Below, piece by piece: positions 55,839 through 62,700 of a stretch of DNA of 64,000 nucleotides. Within the stretch, counting starts at the first letter, position 1. Each line of letters begins with the position of its first letter. A program made the position numbers and the translations under genes. The notes beneath the pieces are model-generated. The model was not told the origin of the DNA. It ran no database searches and was given only the letters and a program-made list of their open reading frames with translations. Origin of the DNA: Candidatus Xenobia bacterium (lineage in GTDB: Bacteria > Vulcanimicrobiota > Xenobia > Xenobiales > QWHO01); contig BTUM01000045.1 of assembly GCA_045863235.1 (NCBI GenBank), positions 1 through 64,000 of the forward strand. Reading direction: 5' to 3'.

Positions 55839-57443
55839 TCAGGCGTCGGTCGGGGTGCCGGGTAATCCGATGGGGAACTGGACAGTCGGAGGCGGTGGAG
55901 GAGGAGGCTTTTCCCAGTCCTGCGGCTCGATGTCGGGACCCTCGGCCGTGGCCCCGGTCAGCGCGCCCTGGAAGTGGCCGGGCCCGTGGATAGAGAGCGG
56001 AGAGCCGTTCTGAGTCCCGTGGGGGTCGAGCACAATCCGCGCAAAGGGGCGTCGTTTCAAGTCCAGACAGGCCATGTTGTGCTCGGTGTTGTGAGTGGCC
56101 AGAGCCATCCCGATACCCACCACGCCCCCCCCGATCAGGCCATAGGGTCCCGCCGCGGCGCCGTATTTGGCCATCAAGGCCATTCGGGTCAACAGGGCCA
56201 CGGCCAGGCTTCCCCCTCCAAATACGCCCACCTGTCGCCCCGGGCCGGGCTTCCAAGCGTAATGATTGACCGTAAAGGCCGAAGGCCTGCCGCTGGCCCT
56301 CTGGGTCTTGATCAACGATCGCTCCGCCTGCATCGACATGTCCACGCAACCGCGCACTTTGTTGCTCTCCGTGCCGAACCAGTTCAGGGCGTTGCGGACC
56401 CCTCCGGGGGCGGTATCCCAGACCTTGGGGTGGGCCTGGATGTAGGCGGCGATATCCTGCTCGTAGCCCAGCAGAAGACGATTGAGCTCTCTCAACTCGC
56501 TGGGGCACAACTTGCCGAGCTCCTGACCCAGTGCAGCATCCTGTCCGACCTGACCGGTGAGCCGGGAAAGGTAGTCGTACTTGCTGCCCTTCTTCCCGAT
56601 CCATCCCAGAAAGCTCCCCACCGGTTGCTCCTGCACAGCCTTGAGGGTGAACTCCATCCAGACTTTCCCCCGGGCCGGCATGGCAGCCTGCAATCGAAGC
56701 TTGAGGAGGGGTTTGGCCTCCTGGTCTTTCCGGCTGGCCGGAGGCGGAAACGGCCTGACCGACTTGAGAGGAATGCTGTAGACCGTGCCGGCCTCCTCGG
56801 TAGAAGGAGTACCGAGCGTGAAAAAGTCGGAAGCATCCACGAGCTTCACCGACCACTGGGCGTTGTCGAGGGGTGAGCCCTGGTCATAACCTGAGCTGTC
56901 GACCCGGTAGACCATGGCTTTCACGACGACCTGCGCGAGTCCATCCGAGACCTGCTCTACGGTATCGCCCTTGGAGATCCGCTGAGGGCTGGTTGGATCT
57001 TCGGGCTCTTCTCCAGGCATATCCGCCTGGACGAACAGGAAGTAGGGCACGAGCTCGACATCGACGTCCTTGACGAGCTTCTCGAAGGGTTTGGGCATGG
57101 AAAACCCGGGTACCCCCGGCATGGCCGCAAGGGCGGCTCCCAGGCCCGGCGCCGGATCTGCCTCGACATGGATGCTCACACGGTCGTCATCAGGCAGAGT
57201 GGACCCATCGCGCACGGCCACGCTGGCGATGACCTGGTTGTCCGGACCCTCCTCGGGGGTGATCTCCAGGCAATCGGGCACCACGCGAAAAGTGGTGATA
57301 ATGGGCATCTTCTTCGTCGGCTCGGCTTTGGAGCGAACCTCGAGCTCGAGGCGCCCTTTGGTCCAGCCCTCCGGATCGAGGAACCCCAGCACGATCTTCT
57401 CATTCTTGGCCACGCAACCATGATTCGGCAGGGCTGTCGGCAT
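55839..57443 (-). CDS. Shared N-domain protein with putative Cys-His-Asp C-terminal domain (start may be GTG 57413)
   Basis: Aligns with the 50645 N-terminus; GCVDMS, EHNMA, VLDPH. Confidence 0.72.
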   Translation of the reverse strand: MPTALPNHGCVAKNEKIVLGFLDPEGWTKGRLELEVRSKAEPTKKMPIITTFRVVPDCLEITPEEGPDNQVIASVAVRDGSTLPDDDRVSIHVEADPAPGLGAALAAMPGVPGFSMPKPFEKLVKDVDVELVPYFLFVQADMPGEEPEDPTSPQRISKGDTVEQVSDGLAQVVVKAMVYRVDSSGYDQGSPLDNAQWSVKLVDASDFFTLGTPSTEEAGTVYSIPLKSVRPFPPPASRKDQEAKPLLKLRLQAAMPARGKVWMEFTLKAVQEQPVGSFLGWIGKKGSKYDYLSRLTGQVGQDAALGQELGKLCPSELRELNRLLLGYEQDIAAYIQAHPKVWDTAPGGVRNALNWFGTESNKVRGCVDMSMQAERSLIKTQRASGRPSAFTVNHYAWKPGPGRQVGVFGGGSLAVALLTRMALMAKYGAAAGPYGLIGGGVVGIGMALATHNTEHNMACLDLKRRPFARIVLDPHGTQNGSPLSIHGPGHFQGALTGATAEGPDIEPQDWEKPPPPPPPTVQFPIGLPGTPTDA

Positions 57444-57505
57444 CCTTCCAGCCTACCTGACCGGGATCATTTGCACGCAAGCCGGGCTCGTGATGTCATG
57501 AGAAG

Positions 57506-59329
57506 GTGAACTGTCCATCCTGTCATCAGGGCGTAACGGCGGCCAACCGCTTCTGTCCTCACTGCGGCGCGGCGCTCTCCTTGCTGTGCCGAAAGTGCGG
57601 TGCACCGCAGGCCCAGGGGGCTCGATTCTGCCGAGAGTGTGGCACGACCCTGGAGGAGGAGGCGCCCCCACCACCACCGCCTCCGCCTGTCGTTGCCCCG
57701 GTGCACTGCCCCGGGTGCGGCGCCGAGGAACCCCCCGGAGCCCGCTTCTGTAAGGCCTGCGGGACCCAGCTGGGGGTTCCCGCTGCCGTTCCCACGCCCC
57801 CGACCTCGATCAACTGCCCCGCCTGTGGCGCCGAGGAACCTCCCGGAGCCCGCTTCTGTAAGGCCTGCGGGGCTCCGCTGGGGGCAACTCCCCCGCCCGG
57901 CGAGACTCCCGCCGTTGCCTCGATCCACTGCCCCGCTTGTGGTGCCCCGGAGCCCCCGGGCGCACGCTTCTGCAAAGCCTGCGGCGCTTCTCTGGAGGCC
58001 CCCACGGTCGCCCCCCCGGCCCCGCCCATACCCCTGGAATCTCCGACCTGCCCCAAATGCGGCGCCCAGGAGCCCCCGGGAGCCCAGTTCTGCAAAGCCT
58101 GCGGCACCCCCCTGACGGGCGAGCCTGGCCCATCCACGCTCCCAATCGATGAGAGCGAGCCGCTGGCCTGCTCGGACTATGTCCAGGAGGTGGTGGCCCG
58201 GACGGCAGCCGGAGCCGGCACGGTACGCGCCGGGGGAGCCCTGATCGGCAACCTGCAGAGAGCCCGTCAGGACCCCTCGCTCCTGCTCCAGACGGTGTCG
58301 ACGGGAAAGCTGGGCCAGCTGACCCGCGGGCGACTGAACCTGGCGGAAGTGCTGGCCGTCCTCCTCAGCTTGATGCTCCTGGTCGGCTTCTACGCCTTCG
58401 GCCTCTACAAGTTCGGCTGGCAGGCCATGATCCAGTCGGGGACTCCCCTCTTCATGGGCTATCTGGTGGCCCTGGTGGTAGGGCTGGCCACCCTGCGAGG
58501 CCCGCTCGACCGCCTGCTGGCGCCGGTCTTCCAGCTTCTGACCAGAATCCCACCCAAGACCCGGTTCGTTCTGGGTCTGGTGGCTCCGGCGCTCTGGTGC
58601 ATCTATGACAGCGCCGACGTGGGCAACGGGTTCTGGCACGCCGGCAAAACCGTGACCATCGCCACCATGCTGGGACACGTGCTGCTGCGCTCGGTGGACT
58701 ACAAGCCACCCGCGGGCGCCCCGGCGCCCCCTCCCGTGCCCGCTTCGCTGGTCGTCCTGGGGCTGGTCTTTGCACTTCGCTCGCTGGGCTGGGCTGACGA
58801 CTGCAGCTCGCCGGAAGACGCCATGGATACCTCCTGGATCGGTCCTCCCATCAAGGGCCTGGTTTCCACCATCATCAGCGCTGCCGTCAACGGACAGACG
58901 GTCATGACGAAGATCCTCAAGCCACCTGGAGACAAGCCGGCCGATCCCAAGGAAAAGCCCCCCTTCTATCGGCTGAACCTCAATACCCAGAACCGTCGCA
59001 CCGATCTCGAGCTGGACGGAGAGGGACTCTGGGTCTATGCCTGGGTGCAGGTCGTGAACCCACCTCCCGGTTTCGACGCCGCTGCGGCCACCGATTCCAT
59101 CGCCTTCTCGGCCGACGACAGCCTGAGCCTGTCGGCTCCTCAGGCCGCGGGCGGGCGCAAAGCCGTCTACGTCAAGGGCGTCACACCGCCCGGCGGCGAA
59201 GCGGCCACCAGCGGAACCCTGGCAGCCTCCGTCATCCTGGCCGGGCAACCCGTGAGAGCTTCGGTGAGCTTCCAACTCGCAGCGGGATACGAGCTCGTGG
59301 TCAACGCCAGCTCGGAGTGGTCCGGGTAA
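57506..59329 (+). CDS. Membrane protein with six N-terminal zinc ribbons
   Basis: CPxCGAxEPPGA(R/Q)FCKACG x4 plus two more ribbons; about five TM helices; beta-rich C-domain. Confidence 0.8.
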   Translation: MNCPSCHQGVTAANRFCPHCGAALSLLCRKCGAPQAQGARFCRECGTTLEEEAPPPPPPPPVVAPVHCPGCGAEEPPGARFCKACGTQLGVPAAVPTPPTSINCPACGAEEPPGARFCKACGAPLGATPPPGETPAVASIHCPACGAPEPPGARFCKACGASLEAPTVAPPAPPIPLESPTCPKCGAQEPPGAQFCKACGTPLTGEPGPSTLPIDESEPLACSDYVQEVVARTAAGAGTVRAGGALIGNLQRARQDPSLLLQTVSTGKLGQLTRGRLNLAEVLAVLLSLMLLVGFYAFGLYKFGWQAMIQSGTPLFMGYLVALVVGLATLRGPLDRLLAPVFQLLTRIPPKTRFVLGLVAPALWCIYDSADVGNGFWHAGKTVTIATMLGHVLLRSVDYKPPAGAPAPPPVPASLVVLGLVFALRSLGWADDCSSPEDAMDTSWIGPPIKGLVSTIISAAVNGQTVMTKILKPPGDKPADPKEKPPFYRLNLNTQNRRTDLELDGEGLWVYAWVQVVNPPPGFDAAAATDSIAFSADDSLSLSAPQAAGGRKAVYVKGVTPPGGEAATSGTLAASVILAGQPVRASVSFQLAAGYELVVNASSEWSG

Positions 59330-59333
59330 GTCG

Positions 59334-60245
59334 TCAGTCCGCGGCCTGGATGAGCAGGTCGGCCACGGCCGCTGCGATGGGCTGGCCGGTGCGGTCCTCA
59401 TACCAGGCGAACGCGGGGGAAGGGTTGACCTCGAAACAGTAGGCCTTGCCTTCCGGGGTGAGGCGCAGGTCGATGCCGGCCAGCACCAGTCCCAACGAGG
59501 CCGCCACGTTTCGGCAGGCCACGGCCAGCTCTTCGGGAAGCTCGCAGGGCTCGAGCTCGGCGGCCTTGTCGTAGCGGTAGTCGCTCTCGCTGGCCAGGAT
59601 GCGGGTGGGAAACACGTGCTCGTCCACCACGTGCACCCGCACATCCACGCCCTCAATCCGTTCCTGAATCTGGATGGGACAGTTCTTGAGGGTGTCCAGC
59701 CGGTCGAGATCCTCTTCCTTCATGACCTGAACGATGGAGCGGACGTAGCTGATGGATTTGTAGATGGCCTGGCCGTTCACGAAGTCGTAGAAATCGCGGG
59801 CCGTCTCGGGCAGGTTGGTCACCATGGTCTTGGGGATGGCCAGCCCCAGCTCCTCCACCAGGGCGATCTGGTGGGGCTTGGAGGCGTTGCTGCCGGAGGC
59901 CACCGGGCGATTGATCACCAGCCCCGGATGACAGTTCAGCCAGCCGTGAAAGGCGCTCTGACACTCGTAGTTGACGAAGGCCACCTCGTCGGGCGAGTAC
60001 TCCTTGTAGACCTCGAAGTTGGAAAAGCCCACCCGGTGGTAGACGGCCCGCACATCGGCCAGCTCGAGCGGTTCGCCCTCGGGGAAGAAGAAGGCTCCCT
60101 CGCGCTCGGGCAGCTTCAGCTCGAAGCGAACGGTGTTGGGGACCTCCTCGCTGTTGAGGCGCACGAAGGGGTGCGAGCGCGCCTGGAGGGCGGCCCCCAC
60201 CGAGCGCATCATGGGATCGCTGAGGGGTCCGAAGAGGAGAATCAC
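59334..60245 (-). CDS. RimK/graspetide-synthetase-like ATP-grasp ligase, intact motifs
   Basis: NASKPHQ, IPKTMVTN, IYKS, QERIEGVDVRVHVV, DYRY, GIDLR, FEVNP; GTGA-coupled start at 60245. Confidence 0.88.
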   Translation of the reverse strand: MILLFGPLSDPMMRSVGAALQARSHPFVRLNSEEVPNTVRFELKLPEREGAFFFPEGEPLELADVRAVYHRVGFSNFEVYKEYSPDEVAFVNYECQSAFHGWLNCHPGLVINRPVASGSNASKPHQIALVEELGLAIPKTMVTNLPETARDFYDFVNGQAIYKSISYVRSIVQVMKEEDLDRLDTLKNCPIQIQERIEGVDVRVHVVDEHVFPTRILASESDYRYDKAAELEPCELPEELAVACRNVAASLGLVLAGIDLRLTPEGKAYCFEVNPSPAFAWYEDRTGQPIAAAVADLLIQAAD

Positions 60246-61117
60246 GAGACTGGCTCCTGCTCGAGCAGGGCACAGGCCGCCTCCAGGACGTGAGGCTGGC
60301 CCAGGGCCTCGGGCGAGAGAAACGTGCGCAAACCGGTCACGATCCACTGCGACCCCAGCTGCCTGAGGGAGAATTCGGCCAGTTGCAGGGACAGAAAACG
60401 GCACACCAGGGTCACGCCCTCCAGAACCTCAGGGGGCGGCGGGGTTCCCTCGGGCAGTTGGAAGAACAGCCCGCCCACGACGGCCAGACGGCAGGCCCAG
60501 CCTTCCGGCATCTCCTCGTAGTGCACCGGACAGAGGGTCAGCCGGTGGAGGTTATCCAGGTCCTCGGGGGAGACCTCGCGGAAGACCGGAGCAGTGCCTG
60601 CCACGGGCTTACAGATCACCCGGCCAGCCAGGCTCTCGTAGAACTCGCGGGCCGACTCGGGGCGACTGGTCACCAGGGTCCTCGGCACCGCCAGGCCGCA
60701 CTCGCAGAGCAGGTTCAACTCGGCCCAGCGGGAGGTGAGGTAGTCGCGACGCACCACGTGGTTGGCCACCAGGCAGTGACGAGAGAGCTGGTGAAACATG
60801 GAGATCAGACAGGCCCAGCTCTCGGTCTGCAGATACTGGGCGTCCTGGGCGGAGAACTCGGTGAGCCCGGCCGGTGAAATGACGAATCCGTCCAGGGCCA
60901 CGCTGCACAGGTCGGTCAGGGAGAGCTCTTCCTGGCCGAGCAGCAGGGCCCCGTGCAGGCCCCGCCCCACCTTGAGGTAGATCCCCACCGAGAACGGAAA
61001 GTTCTCCTGCAAAATGAACAGGCTGCGGCGGCGGCCTCGCCGGGTCAGGCCCTGGTGCAGCAAGCCCAGGGAAGGGTTGTCAGCGCTGCCGTAAAGCAAC
61101 ACCGTCGGGTCAGCCAC
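60242..61117 (-). CDS. Degenerate ATP-grasp paralogue (probable pseudo-enzyme)
   Basis: VPRTLVTS, ICKP, CPVHYEE are retained; DVR, DYR and EVN motifs are lost. Confidence 0.75.
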   Translation of the reverse strand: MADPTVLLYGSADNPSLGLLHQGLTRRGRRRSLFILQENFPFSVGIYLKVGRGLHGALLLGQEELSLTDLCSVALDGFVISPAGLTEFSAQDAQYLQTESWACLISMFHQLSRHCLVANHVVRRDYLTSRWAELNLLCECGLAVPRTLVTSRPESAREFYESLAGRVICKPVAGTAPVFREVSPEDLDNLHRLTLCPVHYEEMPEGWACRLAVVGGLFFQLPEGTPPPPEVLEGVTLVCRFLSLQLAEFSLRQLGSQWIVTGLRTFLSPEALGQPHVLEAACALLEQEPVS

Positions 61118-61185
61118 CGAGTTTCACCCCATGCATCCTCTGGCAGGGTGCGCGAGGGCCTGGCCCAAAACCTGCGTCCGTCCCG

Positions 61186-62586
61186 TCAGACGAAGAAGCG
61201 GCTCGACGGGGCCGCCGTGGCCAGGCGCGAGTCCAGCGGAAGAACTTCAAGGTCTTTCTCGAGCAAGGATTTCTCCAGCACGGCGACCTTCTCGAAGAAT
61301 TTCTCGGAGGGCTGCTTCTCCAGGCCCAGCTTTTCAGGAGCAAACTTCTCGATCTGCTTCTCCTGGCCGAGTTTCTCGGGAGCGAACTTCTCGATCTGCT
61401 TCTCCTGACCGAGTTTCTCGGGAGCGAACTTCTCGATCTGCTTCTCCTGACCGAGTTTCTCGGGGGCGAACTTCTCGTTCTGCTTCTCGAAGCCCAGCTT
61501 CTCGCCCGGTTCCTTCTCGAAGCCCAGCTTCTCGGGCTGCTTCTCCGGACCGAGCTTCTCGGGAGCGAATTTCTCCAGCTGCTTCTCGGCGGGACCCTTC
61601 TCGATGCTCTGCTTCTCGACCGGGCCCTTTTCGGGGGCAAATTTCTCGATCTGCTTGTCGCCCTGCTTCTCGAGCCCCAGCTTCTCAAACGGGTCCTTGT
61701 CGGCGCGGAACTTCTCGATCTCCTTCTCGGCCGGTCCCTTCTCGAGGCTCTGTTTCTCGAACGCGCCCTTCTCCGGGGCAAACTTCTCGAAGGGGAACTT
61801 CTCGTTGCCCTGCTTTTCGTAGGGCCCCTTCTCGACGTTCTGCTTTTCGACCGGGCCCTTCTCGGGGGCAAACTTCTCGACCGGAACCTTCTCGCTACCC
61901 TGCTTTTCGACCGGGCCCTTCTCGACGTTCTGCTTCTCGACCGGACCTTTCTCGGGGGCGAACTTCTCGACCGGAACCTTCTCGCCGCCCTGCTTTTCGT
62001 AGGGCCCCTTCTCTACGTTCTGCTTCTCGACCGGGCCCTTGTCCGCCTGAATCTTCTCGAGCTCTTTCTCGCCCAGCTTCTCGGCCGCGCCCTTCTCGCC
62101 TTGCTTCTCGTAGCCGCTCTTGTCGGCCTGAATCTTCTCCAGCTCTTTCTCCTGGCCGAGCTTCTCACGGCCCTTCTCGCCCTGTTTCTCGTCGCCGAGC
62201 TTCTCGCGAGTCAGCTTCTCACCTGGATTCTTGTCCTCACGGAACTTCTCCAGCTCCTTCTCCTGGGTACGCTTGTCGGCTTCCTTCTCGGCATACTTCT
62301 CGCGCGAGCGCTTCTCGAGCTCGCCCTTCTCGCCAAAGCTCTTCTCGGGGGCCAGCTTCTCGTGGACGCCCTTTTCGTCCGTGCCCTTCTCGCGGGCGTA
62401 CTTCTCGTTGCTCTTCTCGGCCAGGAGTTTCTCGGGGTCGTACTTGCGCAAGCTCAAGTCGATCTGGTCCTGAGCCGGGGGAGCCTGACCGGGTCCTGAA
62501 ACCGGTGGCGCGGTCAGGGAACGCAGGGGGGCCTGAGGACCTCCGACGGCGGGACGAAACTCGGGACGAATGAAGAGGTCAGCCAT
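61186..62586 (-). CDS. EK-repeat protein, putative ATP-grasp substrate/precursor
   Basis: ~50-aa leader (MADLFIRPEFRPAVG...), 83 [E/D]K-x2-4 units by manual count, short tail. Confidence 0.85.
   Translation of the reverse strand: MADLFIRPEFRPAVGGPQAPLRSLTAPPVSGPGQAPPAQDQIDLSLRKYDPEKLLAEKSNEKYAREKGTDEKGVHEKLAPEKSFGEKGELEKRSREKYAEKEADKRTQEKELEKFREDKNPGEKLTREKLGDEKQGEKGREKLGQEKELEKIQADKSGYEKQGEKGAAEKLGEKELEKIQADKGPVEKQNVEKGPYEKQGGEKVPVEKFAPEKGPVEKQNVEKGPVEKQGSEKVPVEKFAPEKGPVEKQNVEKGPYEKQGNEKFPFEKFAPEKGAFEKQSLEKGPAEKEIEKFRADKDPFEKLGLEKQGDKQIEKFAPEKGPVEKQSIEKGPAEKQLEKFAPEKLGPEKQPEKLGFEKEPGEKLGFEKQNEKFAPEKLGQEKQIEKFAPEKLGQEKQIEKFAPEKLGQEKQIEKFAPEKLGLEKQPSEKFFEKVAVLEKSLLEKDLEVLPLDSRLATAAPSSRFFV
61345..62040 (-). 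repeat. Nested intragenic tandem repeats: 42 bp x ~3 (61345-61476) and 90 bp x ~2.7 (61801-62040)
   Basis: Encode EKFAPEKLGQEKQI and EKGPVEKQNVEKGPxEKQGxEKVPVEKFAP. Confidence 0.85.
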
Positions 62587-62620
62587 GAAAGACACCCGGT
62601 CCTTGTTGCAGACTTTATCC

Positions 62621-62649
62621 ATTATCCCGACCGGAGCCAGGACTGTCTA
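62621..62649 (-). promoter_or_regulatory. Candidate sigma70 promoter TAGACA-N17-GATAAT for the EK/ATP-grasp operon
   Basis: 5/6 matches to both consensus hexamers; favours the ATG at 62586 over 62622. Confidence 0.55.
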
Positions 62650-62700
62650 GACCTGGAGCAACGCGCGATCGCTTTCTCCGCTGCGCTTGGCTCCAGGTCT
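62649..62700 (-). terminator. Hairpin after the GDPD gene
   Basis: 11-bp IR AGACCTGGAGC/GCTCCAGGTCT. Confidence 0.5.

Noticed and set aside
61186..62460. CRISPR array or non-coding satellite
   Set aside because: Units are multiples of 3 within one open frame, with synonymous variation and no unique spacers.
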